A stretch of DNA of 64,000 bases from Gammaproteobacteria bacterium. Lineage in GTDB: Bacteria; Pseudomonadota; Gammaproteobacteria; CBDBNL01; JAAOII01. The notes below the pieces were generated by a model, which saw nothing but the letters and a program-made list of their open reading frames with translations, was not told the origin of the DNA and did not search any database. Position 1 is the first letter of the stretch, and every line of letters begins with the position of its first letter. Shown piece after piece: positions 20,846-30,369 of the stretch. The stretch lies in contig OZ242372.1 of NCBI GenBank assembly GCA_965209035.1, positions 1,920,001 through 1,984,000 of the forward strand, given 5' to 3'. The position numbers and the translations under genes are program-made.

Positions 20846-23602
20846 CTAAGACGATTTGCTGTTTGTGGCTGCGGCGGGCGGCGGGTTGAGAAGTTTTGGG
20901 AGGTCCTTGCGCAGGATCTTACCGACCGGCGATTTGGGAAGGACATCCGCAAACACGATGCGGTCGGGGATCTTGTAAGCGGTCAGCGAACCCCGGCAGT
21001 GTTTCAGCAGAGCCTCTGCGGTGCATTCCTCACCCTTCTTTGGAACAATAAAAGCGACAATCTCTTCGTCATCCTGCTCGTTCTTGATCCCGATACAACC
21101 GCTTTCGGCAACGGCGGGGTGTTTGTCCAGCACTTTTTCTATTTCGCTCGGATACACATTAAAGCCCGAAACAAGGATCACATCCTTCGCCCTGTCCACC
21201 AGATAGATGTAGCCCTTGTCGTCCATATAGCCGATGTCGCCGGTATTCAGCCATCCGTCCGTGCTCAGATCCTTTGCGGTCGCTTCGGGGTTCTCCCAAT
21301 AGCCCGCCATCACCTGCGGACCGCGCACAAACAACAGCCCCACGTTACCGGTTGATACGGGAGTAAGAGTTTTCTCGTCCAGGATAACGGCGAGAGTGGA
21401 CGGCACAGGTAAACCAATGCTGCCGTTGAATTCTTTTTGGTCGTAAGGATTGATCGTAATCACAGGCGATGCCTCGGTCAGACCATAGCCTTCTTTTAGC
21501 AGAACCCCGGTTGCCTTTTTCCAGTCGGCGGCAACCTTCGGATGCACCGCCATGCCGCCGCCGAGGGCGAGTATGAGTTTGCTAAAATCCAAAGTGGCAA
21601 ATTGCGGATGCGCCAGCATCGCTTTGAACAGCGTATTAACGCCGTCTATGCCGTGAAAGGTGTATTTTTTCATCGTCTTGATCAGCCCGTTGATGTCGCG
21701 CGGATTTGCCACCAAGACATTGTGCGCGCCTATGTGAAAAAAGAAGATACCGTTTACGGTGAGCGCGAAAATATGATACAACGGCAGGGCGGTCAGAGTC
21801 ACTCTTTGCTCCTCGGTGGAATCGCAGAAGTTGCGGGATACATGCGCGTAGCACTGGGCGACATTGGCGACCATGTTCCGATGGGTGAGGACAACCGCCT
21901 TGGGTTCGCCCGTGGTGCCGCCGGTAAACTGCAGAAATGCCATATCCTCCGCTGCGATATGCGGGTGATAAAAAGAGCATTTGGCGCCTTGCCGCAGGGC
22001 AGTGCGAAATCCGATGCCGGGCGGACGGCCGAACACAGGTTGCTTGCCTTTCAAGCTCAACACAAGATGGATGAGAACTCTTTTGAGCGGCGAAAGCATA
22101 TCCCCCAGACCGGTAACGATGAGATGTTGCGGGACGAGTTCCTTGGGGCAGGCATTAACTATCTTGAGTGCGCCGCTCCAAACGATCAACACTTTGGGGC
22201 GGGAGATACGCAGAATGGTGGTTAATTCTTCCGCCGTATATAGCGGGTTAATATTGACTACCGCGCCGCCGGCCGCCAAAGCGGCATAAACACTTAAAAG
22301 ATACTGACTGCAGTTCGGCATCATAATGCCAACGCGATCGCCTTTCTTGAGCTGCGAATGTGTCTGCAGCCATGCGGCCAGATGATTGTAGTGTCGGTGA
22401 ACCTGCGTATAGGTTGTCTTGCAACCAAACTCTTCGCATGCCACCCGTTCCGTATTTTCGGCACAGGCGATTTCAACAAGTTCCGCCAGGTTACGCCGAA
22501 CTTCCGTATTGGCAAACGGCGGCGTATCCGGCGGATAGTTGTGCCGCCAGTAGGGTTCCACCCGAAGATCCATAATTCGGGTGCCAGTCGCGATTTGCGG
22601 CTGCTCCTTGCCGGCGATCAGCCGTCTTGCAAAATCGTTGAATACCCTGTCCATAGCGCGCAAATAATTTTCTGTCAGTTCTATCAGGTTCCCAACATTT
22701 TCTTCGGTCGCCAGATCAATGGTATCGGTTTTCTCGTCCGGCAATATGGGGTCAAGCCGCAGATAGCCTTCGGGACTATCGTGAAAGATGGCTTTCATTT
22801 GCTCGTGTCCCTGAATCACGCCGATATCACTCATCAGTTCCACCAAGGGTGCGGCCCATTCCAGTTTCCCCCATTTCTTAATTTCTTTTGGCTCATATTG
22901 TTCCCGATAGAACCCGCCGCCGAGAGACAGAACATTCAAGTGCTTGGCGGATGCGTCCGGAAACAGTCGTCTGATTTCGGCATATGCCAGAAGTGCCGGG
23001 TTACGGGAATAGATGCCGCCGTCCACAAACAAGTATTCTTTCTTGGCAATGCTGGAAATTTCCGCGGGCGGAAAATAAGTCGGCGCACTGGAGATAGCCC
23101 GACACAGATCGCGCATGTAAAAGTTTTCTGCCGGGTTATGCCGGGCGCGATACTGCCGAAACAAAAAACATTCGTTGCCAAGCATATCATAGGCGGTGCT
23201 CAAATAGGGCTTGATGAGTTGGCTTAGTTTGACATCACCGCAATGTTTTTGAAAAACCTTTTCTATGGGTTCGCCCGAGTATTTGGGGCTTGTGATACGA
23301 TGTCCCCTGAGTGCCCTTTGCACTTTATTCAGAGCGAAGGCAATCCCGCCGCTTTCTATGTAAATCTCTTCGGTTTGTTTCGCCGAATGGCACGGCGAGA
23401 TCCCGTCTTTTTGCGGCATCAGGGCAAGGCTGCCGATTAGGCCGCCGCCGGACGCCCCTACAATAAAATCAAAATAGTCGGCAATACGCGCTTCGGGGTT
23501 GCCGGATAGTTCTTGAAGTCTTTCTTCCAAACGCACCAATACCCGCGCCGCAATAACACCGCGGATCCCGCCGCCGTCTATGGCAAGGATATTGCGTATC
23601 AC
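20846..23602 (-). CDS. Fusion of an N-terminal patatin-like phospholipase and a C-terminal long-chain fatty-acid-CoA ligase (FadD-like)
   Basis: First ~330 aa: DGGGIRG, GASGG (GxSxG), SSAPTYF, DGG. Remainder: FTGGTTGEPK, EGYGLTEASP, WLNTGDIG, SGFNVYP, LPKSPVGKILR. Single uninterrupted 918-aa ORF. Confidence 0.9.
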   Translation of the reverse strand: MIRNILAIDGGGIRGVIAARVLVRLEERLQELSGNPEARIADYFDFIVGASGGGLIGSLALMPQKDGISPCHSAKQTEEIYIESGGIAFALNKVQRALRGHRITSPKYSGEPIEKVFQKHCGDVKLSQLIKPYLSTAYDMLGNECFLFRQYRARHNPAENFYMRDLCRAISSAPTYFPPAEISSIAKKEYLFVDGGIYSRNPALLAYAEIRRLFPDASAKHLNVLSLGGGFYREQYEPKEIKKWGKLEWAAPLVELMSDIGVIQGHEQMKAIFHDSPEGYLRLDPILPDEKTDTIDLATEENVGNLIELTENYLRAMDRVFNDFARRLIAGKEQPQIATGTRIMDLRVEPYWRHNYPPDTPPFANTEVRRNLAELVEIACAENTERVACEEFGCKTTYTQVHRHYNHLAAWLQTHSQLKKGDRVGIMMPNCSQYLLSVYAALAAGGAVVNINPLYTAEELTTILRISRPKVLIVWSGALKIVNACPKELVPQHLIVTGLGDMLSPLKRVLIHLVLSLKGKQPVFGRPPGIGFRTALRQGAKCSFYHPHIAAEDMAFLQFTGGTTGEPKAVVLTHRNMVANVAQCYAHVSRNFCDSTEEQRVTLTALPLYHIFALTVNGIFFFHIGAHNVLVANPRDINGLIKTMKKYTFHGIDGVNTLFKAMLAHPQFATLDFSKLILALGGGMAVHPKVAADWKKATGVLLKEGYGLTEASPVITINPYDQKEFNGSIGLPVPSTLAVILDEKTLTPVSTGNVGLLFVRGPQVMAGYWENPEATAKDLSTDGWLNTGDIGYMDDKGYIYLVDRAKDVILVSGFNVYPSEIEKVLDKHPAVAESGCIGIKNEQDDEEIVAFIVPKKGEECTAEALLKHCRGSLTAYKIPDRIVFADVLPKSPVGKILRKDLPKLLNPPPAAATNSKSS

Positions 23603-24774
23603 ACTCTCTCAAAAATACCGGCGGCGCCCATCCCCGTGCCGATACACATTGTGACCATCCCGTAACGCAGTTTTTGCCGCTTCATCCCATGCAACAGGGT
23701 GGCGGTGCGGATTGCTCCGGTCGCCCCCAAAGGATGCCCCAACGCGATGGCACCGCCAAGCGGGTTGACAAGCGTGCGTTCCAGTTTCAATTCGTTGATC
23801 ACCGCAAGCGTCTGTGCGGCAAAAGCCTCGTTCAATTCTATCCATTGCAGATCTGCGATTTTCAGGTTGCTTTGTTGCAGTGCGCGCGGAATTGCCTCTA
23901 CGGGACCTATCCCCATGATAGCGGGCGGCACACCCGCCACCGCATAGCCGACAAACCGTGCCAGCGGCTCCGCCCCCGTTCGTTTGACAGTTTCCGCATC
24001 CGCCAGCACAGCCAGGCCCGCCCCGTCGCTCACCTGCGAACTGCTACCCGCGGTCACAGTGCCGTCTTTGGCAAATGCCGGTTTCAATCGAGCAAGGGCC
24101 TCGGCCGAGGTGTCGCGCCTGGGACCTTCGTCCCGCGTAACAGTCCGTGGCTTGTTCACTATTTTGTTGCCTTCAAGCAACCGACGGGTGGTCTTAATGG
24201 GCAGGATCTCCGCATCAAAATGGCCCGCTGCCGCCGCCGCACAGGCACGCCGATGACTTTCCAACGCATAGGCATCTTGTTCCTCCCGCCCGACGCCATA
24301 CTGCCGTGCCACATTTTCCGCGGTGATGCCCATCCCATAGGCGATGGCAACATCTTCGTCCTCAAAGAGTTTCGGGTTGAATGCCGGCTTGTTGCCGATC
24401 ATCGGCACCATGCTCATACTCTCCAGTCCGCCGGCAAGAATCAGTTTTGACTTGCCCGTGGCGATGCGATCGGCCGCGACCGCGATGGCTTGCAAGCCGG
24501 ACGAGCAGAGTCGGTTCACCGTCATCGCCGGCACGCTCTGCGGCAACCCCCCCAACAAGGAGCAGATGCGCGCCACATTAAAAGCCTGTTCGCTTTCCGG
24601 CAGGGCGCAGCCCAAAACAACATCGTCAACGGTCTCCGGCTCCAGTTTGGGATGCCGCCGCATCACTTCTTTAATCAAGCGCGCGCACAGGTCATCGCTT
24701 CTGGTATGGGCAAAGACCCCGCGCGCCTTGCCCACGGGCGTGCGCAGTGCGTCAAGGATAAATACTTCGTTCAT
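23599..24774 (-). CDS. fadA: Acetyl-CoA C-acyltransferase (3-ketoacyl-CoA thiolase)
   Basis: NRLCSSG, NEAFA, GHPLGATG, CIGTGMG; overlaps the start of the downstream fusion gene. Confidence 0.94.
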   Translation of the reverse strand: MNEVFILDALRTPVGKARGVFAHTRSDDLCARLIKEVMRRHPKLEPETVDDVVLGCALPESEQAFNVARICSLLGGLPQSVPAMTVNRLCSSGLQAIAVAADRIATGKSKLILAGGLESMSMVPMIGNKPAFNPKLFEDEDVAIAYGMGITAENVARQYGVGREEQDAYALESHRRACAAAAAGHFDAEILPIKTTRRLLEGNKIVNKPRTVTRDEGPRRDTSAEALARLKPAFAKDGTVTAGSSSQVSDGAGLAVLADAETVKRTGAEPLARFVGYAVAGVPPAIMGIGPVEAIPRALQQSNLKIADLQWIELNEAFAAQTLAVINELKLERTLVNPLGGAIALGHPLGATGAIRTATLLHGMKRQKLRYGMVTMCIGTGMGAAGIFERV

Positions 24775-24819
24775 TTTCTCAGTTCTCTAAATTCTTAATT
24801 CCTTAGTTTCCTAATTTCC

Positions 24820-27258
24820 TTAGTTTCTAAGCGGCTTACCGGTCTTCAAAATATGTTCTATGCGTTTTTGCGACAGGCTCGTCTTAAGCAGACGCAAGAA
24901 CCCCTCGCGTTCCAGTTGCAGAAGGTATGCGTCGCTCGCCGTTTGGTCGGCATCGGTTTCCCCGCCGCAAAGAACATTGGCGATTTCGGCGGCACAGAAA
25001 TAATCGTGTTCGGATATAAAGTTGCCGGCGCGCAAATTGGTAAGCTGTGCGAGAAAATTACCTTTGCCCGGCCTGCCGGCAATCTTAATATCATTGCGCC
25101 GGTACGGCGGCCGATAGCTGCCGCGCATCAATTCCAGGGCGGAGCTGCGCGCCACATAAAGCAATTCCTGCGGGTTGGCGATTACTTTATCCGCCGCGCG
25201 CAGATACCCCATTCGCCGAGCATCGTCCGCACCGGATGCAACCTTGGCGAGAGCGATCTGCTCATAAAACTTTGCCAGAAACGGAAAAAGCGGGGTCTCG
25301 CCCGCGCACTCTTCGGCACGGCGCGCCATTTCCTTGCTGCCGCCGCCGGCCGGCAGGACGCCGACACCGATTTCAACCAAGCCAATAAAACTGTTCGTCG
25401 TTGCCACCACCCGATCGCAGTGCAACAACAGTTCGCAGCCGCCGCCAAGTGCCAAGCCGTCAACCGCCGCCACCACCGGAATGTCGCCGTGTTTGAACGA
25501 CATGCAAATGTTCTGCAATCTTTGGATCACCTCCCGTATGGGCGGCAACTTTCCGAGTTTCGGCAGTTTCGGATTGAGGGCCTCAAATGCCCGCATTTTA
25601 ATGTCCGTTAGCATCCCGCTTTGTTCGTAAGCGCCGAGTTTGGCACTCGCCAAAATCTGATACAAATTGGCGCCCGCACAAAAGGGGGCTTCTTCTTGCC
25701 AAAGAATGAGCGCGCCATATTCCGCGGTCGCCTTTGCCCAAACGGTTTCAAGATCTTTAAGAAGTTCGTAAGAAATCGTATGCATCTTGGTTTTGAAGTT
25801 AACCGCCAGAATTTCATCGCCCAGGTCGGTCGCCCGCAACCATTCCGTTTCCTCAACAACCTTTAACTGCGGGATCTTTTCGGCGGACATCACCAAAGGT
25901 GCCAGGTCGGTCGGCTGGTTTTTGGTTGGCAGGTATTCCTTGGCGGCCGGAGACCAGGCACCCTTGTTATTGTAGAAGCCGTCCGGCGGAGTGGGCGGCA
26001 ATTTCGCATCGCTCATCGCCCGCCCTTCTCTAATGTCTTCTTCAATCAGAGCGGTCAGGGACTTGCCGCCGGCAGACTGCCACAAGGAAAAGATACCGTC
26101 CTTCCAGCCGAAGCCGTGCCGCATGGCAAGATCCGCAGCGCGCGCCGTCTCCGCCAGTTCGGGCAGATGCGTCAGGGCATAATGAAACTGATCGCGATGA
26201 ACGGCCCACAAAAACTGACAGTGGGGGTCTTTAGATTCCCGCAGCTTCGGCAAGGCGGCGGCGATGCCATCGCCGAGCAGTCGCCTGCACTCTTTGGAAA
26301 TTTTCTTGTCCGCGGTACGATAGTCGTTTGTCTCGGTATCAAATACCAGAATATCCTTGCCGACCTTTTTGTAAATGCCTTTGCCGGTTTTTTGCCCGAG
26401 ACTGCCGGCGGCTACCATCTTGGTCATCCACTCCGGCGGGGCGAAGTGTTGCCGCCACGGATCCTGTTTCAATACTTCCGTCAGATTGTTCATCACCGCG
26501 ATGATGATATCCAACCCGACCAGATCCGCCGTGCGAAAGCAAGCACTCTTGGCACGGTTAATGCGTGTCCCGCAAAGAGCGTCCGCCGTGTCAAAACCGA
26601 TGCCCAAACGCCGGGCATGGAAAAGGGCGGCCGCCATACCAAACACACCGAGGCGATTGGCAATAAACCCGGGCGAGTCCTTCGCCCGCACCGTCTGCTT
26701 GCCCGCAACGGAAGTGAGAAATCGTTCCAACTGCGCCGCCGTTTCCTTGTCCGCCTTTTCGTGCATGATCAATTCCGTCAGTGGCATATAGCGCGGCGGA
26801 TTAAAGAAATGCATACCAAAAAATCGTTGCCGCAGACTTGCCGGCATCCACTCACTCATCCGCGTGATACTCAAAGCCGAGGTGTTGGAAGCCAGAATGG
26901 CGTTGGAATTCAAATGCGGGATGACCTTGCCGTAAACCGACTTTTTAATGTCAAGGTTTTCGCTGACCGCTTCTATGACCAGATGGCGATCTTTCAGAAG
27001 CGGCAGATTATCCTTGTAAGAGGCGGGGCGAATACGCCCCCCCCAATTCGGCAGTGCCAAGGCCGGCGGTTTGAGTGACTTGAGATTCTTAATCGCCTTT
27101 TGGGCCGTCGCGTTTGGATCTTCTGCCTCTGTCAGACCGAACAGGACAACATCCAGCCCGCAGTTGGTCAGGTGAGCGGCAATCTGCGCGCCCATAGTGC
27201 CGGTGCCAAGCACAGCAATGTGCTTAAATTCCCGATACAAGTGCGTTTCTCTCGTCAT
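24820..27258 (-). CDS. 3-hydroxyacyl-CoA dehydrogenase / enoyl-CoA hydratase (FadN-type domain order)
   Basis: GTGTMG, SNTS, HFFNPPRYM, PGFIANR, C-terminal crotonase GGGCE...VEIGVG, ends TGKPLRN. Confidence 0.92.
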   Translation of the reverse strand: MTRETHLYREFKHIAVLGTGTMGAQIAAHLTNCGLDVVLFGLTEAEDPNATAQKAIKNLKSLKPPALALPNWGGRIRPASYKDNLPLLKDRHLVIEAVSENLDIKKSVYGKVIPHLNSNAILASNTSALSITRMSEWMPASLRQRFFGMHFFNPPRYMPLTELIMHEKADKETAAQLERFLTSVAGKQTVRAKDSPGFIANRLGVFGMAAALFHARRLGIGFDTADALCGTRINRAKSACFRTADLVGLDIIIAVMNNLTEVLKQDPWRQHFAPPEWMTKMVAAGSLGQKTGKGIYKKVGKDILVFDTETNDYRTADKKISKECRRLLGDGIAAALPKLRESKDPHCQFLWAVHRDQFHYALTHLPELAETARAADLAMRHGFGWKDGIFSLWQSAGGKSLTALIEEDIREGRAMSDAKLPPTPPDGFYNNKGAWSPAAKEYLPTKNQPTDLAPLVMSAEKIPQLKVVEETEWLRATDLGDEILAVNFKTKMHTISYELLKDLETVWAKATAEYGALILWQEEAPFCAGANLYQILASAKLGAYEQSGMLTDIKMRAFEALNPKLPKLGKLPPIREVIQRLQNICMSFKHGDIPVVAAVDGLALGGGCELLLHCDRVVATTNSFIGLVEIGVGVLPAGGGSKEMARRAEECAGETPLFPFLAKFYEQIALAKVASGADDARRMGYLRAADKVIANPQELLYVARSSALELMRGSYRPPYRRNDIKIAGRPGKGNFLAQLTNLRAGNFISEHDYFCAAEIANVLCGGETDADQTASDAYLLQLEREGFLRLLKTSLSQKRIEHILKTGKPLRN

Positions 27259-27327
27259 TTATTTATCCTTCACTTTCAACTTCAACTTCGGCAATTCGGC
27301 CGGCAATATTTGCAAGGTTTGCTATAT

Positions 27328-27753
27328 TTAAAGAATCTTGAATTCCCCGTCCAGCACCCGCACACTGCCGGAAAACTTGCGTTGCAGATACACCCGCACC
27401 AAAGTGCGCAGCAAATAAACGCGAAGGGCGGGAACGAGCAACAAGAGACCGATACTGTCGGTAATGAATCCGGGCGTAATGAAAAGACAGCCGGCAACCA
27501 GTAACAGCAAACTGTGCCACAGGGCAAATGCGGGCAGCCGACCCGAGTGCAGTTCGCGATTTATCTTGATCCACAGGGTGACTCCCTGCCGTTTGATGAG
27601 CGACGCCCCGATGAAAGCGGTTAGGACAACCAGCAGGACGGTGGTCAAAGCACCAATCGCACCGCCGACCTCAATCAACAGATAGAGTTCCAAAATCGGA
27701 AAACCGATGAACAGCAAGAAGAGCCAAATCCGCATCACTCTTTTATTATACAA
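27328..27753 (-). CDS. fxsA: FxsA family membrane protein (true start probably 27735)
   Basis: PILELYLLIEVG...PGFITDSIG motif. Confidence 0.88.
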   Translation of the reverse strand: MYNKRVMRIWLFLLFIGFPILELYLLIEVGGAIGALTTVLLVVLTAFIGASLIKRQGVTLWIKINRELHSGRLPAFALWHSLLLLVAGCLFITPGFITDSIGLLLLVPALRVYLLRTLVRVYLQRKFSGSVRVLDGEFKIL

Positions 27754-27801
27754 ACTTTCGCATCAATGATGCACCAAAAACCTGCCATAATTTTTGACGG
27801 T

Positions 27802-27912
27802 GATCCAAGTAACACATCGCAAGCATGGGCTGTTGCAACTTGGAACATCATTACGAACGCCCTGTGCCGATGCCGATTCAAGTAACACATTGCAAGCACG
27901 GGCTGTTGCAAC
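27802..27912. repeat. Two ~38-bp imperfect direct repeats separated by a 35-bp unique segment
   Basis: gatccaagtaacacatcgcaagcatgggctgttgcaac at 27802 and gattcaagtaacacattgcaagcacgggctgttgcaac at 27875. Confidence 0.8.
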
Positions 27913-28047
27913 CCTGCCGCGCGCTCATCTGCTTTTACCTGCCCGGGCGAGATGCCATACTCTCCCGAAATGCTTTGGTGCTTTCCGGCACACTTAACAA
28001 AGTTGCCTGTATTTAATGATGCCCCGCCGGAATTGTTTGGCTTAACC

Positions 28048-28431
28048 GGTGCGTTCAAGTGCGGCGACCAAATTGGCACAGGAATAACCTTCCTTTCGCG
28101 GATGCATGCTTGCCTAAAGGGTGCTTTCAAGTGTGGCGATCAAATTGGCACAGGAATAACCTTCCTTTCGCGGATGCATGCTTGCCTAAAGGGTGCTTTC
28201 AAGTGGGGCGATCAAATTGGCACAGGAATAACCTTCCTTTCGCGGATGCATGCTTGCCTAAAGGGTGCGTTCAAGTGGGGCGATCAAATTGGCACAGGAA
28301 TAACCTTCCTTTCGCGGATGCATGCTTGCCTAAAGGGTGCGTTCAAGTGGGGCGATCAAATTGGCACAGGAATAACCTTCCTTTCGCGGATGCATGCTTG
28401 CCTAAAGGGTGCTTCAAGTGGGGCGATCAAA
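28048..28431. repeat. Tandem array of five near-identical 72-bp units plus a partial sixth
   Basis: Units start at 28048, 28120, 28192, 28264, 28336 and (partial) 28408; unit GGTGCGTTCAAGTGGGGCGATCAAATTGGCACAGGAATAACCTTCCTTTCGCGGATGCATGCTTGCCTAAAG. Confidence 0.97.
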
Positions 28432-28598
28432 ATCACAACGATAAGCCAACGCTTCCGTGATGTGATGCTTTTCTGTGACTTCCTTGCCTTCCAAATCCGC
28501 CAGAGTGCGCGCCACCCGCAGCAAGCGATGATAACCGCGCATAGAAATCCCCAACTTGGTGCGCGCCATGTTTAGAATTTCCTTGCCCGCCTGGTCGG
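28413..28598 (-). repeat. 186-bp duplicate of the comM 3' end (copy of 28721-28906)
   Basis: Encodes the same C-terminus, AGKEILNMARTKLG...YRCDFDRPT*; 5 substitutions seen, 4 of them synonymous. Confidence 0.95.
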
Positions 28599-28721
28599 TC
28601 TTGCCTGCTGGGTGCTTTTCTTTTAAGGCGTGGCGATTAAGTGCGGCGTTCAAGTCACCAAAGAACTCTGCGACAAAGTATTAAAGCAGCGTTTTTAAGG
28701 TGCGACGATTAAGTGGGGCAT

Positions 28722-30230
28722 TCAAGTGGGGCGATCAAAATCGCAACGATAAGCCAACGCTTCCGTGATGTGATGCTTTTCTGTGACTTCCTTGCCTTCC
28801 AAATCCGCCAGAGTGCGCGCCACCCGCAGCAGGCGATGATAACCGCGCATAGAAATCCCCAACTTGGTGCGTGCCATGTTCAGAATTTCCTTGCCCGCCT
28901 TGTCGGGCGCGCAGAACTCTTGCGTTGTGTCCGCATCCAAAAGTGCGTTCACCTTGCCGCAGCGTTTTGTCTGACGCGCGCGCGCCAGTTTCACCGCCGC
29001 CTGCGCCCGCTCGTGTTCCCGCCCGTCGCCGACAGTCTCGCTTTCCGCCACAGGCAGGTTTGCCACATGCACAATCAAGTCCAGCCTGTCCAACAGGGGA
29101 CCCGAAATTCTGGAACGATAATTTTCTATCTGCTGCGGCGAACATCGGCACTCCTTGTAAGGGTTGCCGAGCATCCCGCAGGGGCAGGGGTTCATCGCCG
29201 CCACCAACTGAAACCGGGCGGGAAATTGTGCGTTGCGGGCTGCCCGCGAAATGGTGATATTCCCGCTTTCCATTGGCTGACGCAAAACCTCCAACACCCG
29301 GCGCGGAAATTCCGGCAACTCATCCAAAAACAAAACACCCAGATGCGCCAAAGAAATCTCGCCCGGCATCGGCTTGCTGCCGCCGCCGACCAAAGAAATC
29401 GCCGAAGCCGTATGGTGCGGTGCGCGAAAAGGACGCAACCCCAAAGGAGGAATCTCTTCCTTGGCAACCAGCGAAAAAATCCCCGCCACCTCCAAGGAAT
29501 CCGCATGATTGAGCGGCGGCAACAGAGCCGGCAACCGACTGGCAAGCATCGTCTTACCGCTGCCCGGCGGACCAAACATCAAAATATTATGCCCGCCGGC
29601 GGCCGCCACCAACAGAGCCCGCTTGGCTTTCTGTTGCCCGCGCACACTGTCCAGTCGCGGTTCGCTACTCTTATTGGGCGGCTTCGGCGGCGGCAGATCC
29701 CCAACGGACGACAAGGGACGCACCCCGTTCAGATGTGCAGTCACCTGCGTCAGATGCTCGGCAACACAAACGGGCGTCGTTTTCAAAAGTACCGCAGCCG
29801 CCGCATTCCGCCTGCCGATAATCAAAGTGCGCTTTGCCCGCGCACAAGCCAACCCGGCGGGGATAACACCCCGCACCGGCAGGAGTTCGCCGTTGAGAGC
29901 CAGTTCCCCCAGAAACTCATAGTTCGCCAGGTCATCGGTTTTGATTTGGCGGGCAGCCGCCAGTATGCCCAGAGCAATCGCCAGATCCAGCCGCCCGCCG
30001 CTCTTCGGCAGGTCCGCCGGCGACAGATTGACCGTGATGTGCCGTGCCGGAAACACAAACCCACAATTAATGATCGCACTGCGCACCCTGGCGCGACTTT
30101 CGTTCACCGCTTTTTCCGGCAAACCCACAATATTGAAACGCGGCAACCCGGGCGAGAGATGTGCCTCCACCCGCACCAGCGGGGACGCCATGCCGTATTC
30201 GGCACGGGTCAGAACCGTTCCTAAGGACAC
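28722..30230 (-). CDS. comM: ComM / YifB Mg-chelatase-like AAA+ ATPase
   Basis: VGLPEKAVNESRARVRSA, GPPGSGKT, FRAPHH, LFLDELPEF, AAMNPCPCG, SGPLLDRLD. Confidence 0.96.
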   Translation of the reverse strand: MSLGTVLTRAEYGMASPLVRVEAHLSPGLPRFNIVGLPEKAVNESRARVRSAIINCGFVFPARHITVNLSPADLPKSGGRLDLAIALGILAAARQIKTDDLANYEFLGELALNGELLPVRGVIPAGLACARAKRTLIIGRRNAAAAVLLKTTPVCVAEHLTQVTAHLNGVRPLSSVGDLPPPKPPNKSSEPRLDSVRGQQKAKRALLVAAAGGHNILMFGPPGSGKTMLASRLPALLPPLNHADSLEVAGIFSLVAKEEIPPLGLRPFRAPHHTASAISLVGGGSKPMPGEISLAHLGVLFLDELPEFPRRVLEVLRQPMESGNITISRAARNAQFPARFQLVAAMNPCPCGMLGNPYKECRCSPQQIENYRSRISGPLLDRLDLIVHVANLPVAESETVGDGREHERAQAAVKLARARQTKRCGKVNALLDADTTQEFCAPDKAGKEILNMARTKLGISMRGYHRLLRVARTLADLEGKEVTEKHHITEALAYRCDFDRPT

Positions 30231-30369
30231 AGGACCCCCACAAACGGAAACACGGGAAAAACATAGCCTTGCATATCCGCTCCTAAACTTATATTTAGAA
30301 ATTATAAGGGGGAGGGGCGGATGGTGTGGGCTTTATTTTTGGAGATTCTTTATTAAATAAAAAAGTTAC

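Noticed and set aside
20846-23602. Patatin as a CBASS CapV-type defence effector
   Set aside because: No CD-NTase or other defence genes nearby; it is fused to FadD inside a beta-oxidation operon
28048-28431. 72-bp array as a second CRISPR array
   Set aside because: No variable spacers; whole units are near identical
27952-28575. 207-aa and 133-aa ORFs with 24-aa repeats
   Set aside because: They arise from the stop-free 72-bp DNA repeat and antisense comM copy; no RBS or protein family evidence
28413-28906. Possible diversity-generating retroelement TR/VR pair
   Set aside because: Differences are not adenine-specific, are mostly synonymous, and no reverse transcriptase is present in the window
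28713-30224. 503-aa plus-strand ORF
   Set aside because: Antisense shadow of comM
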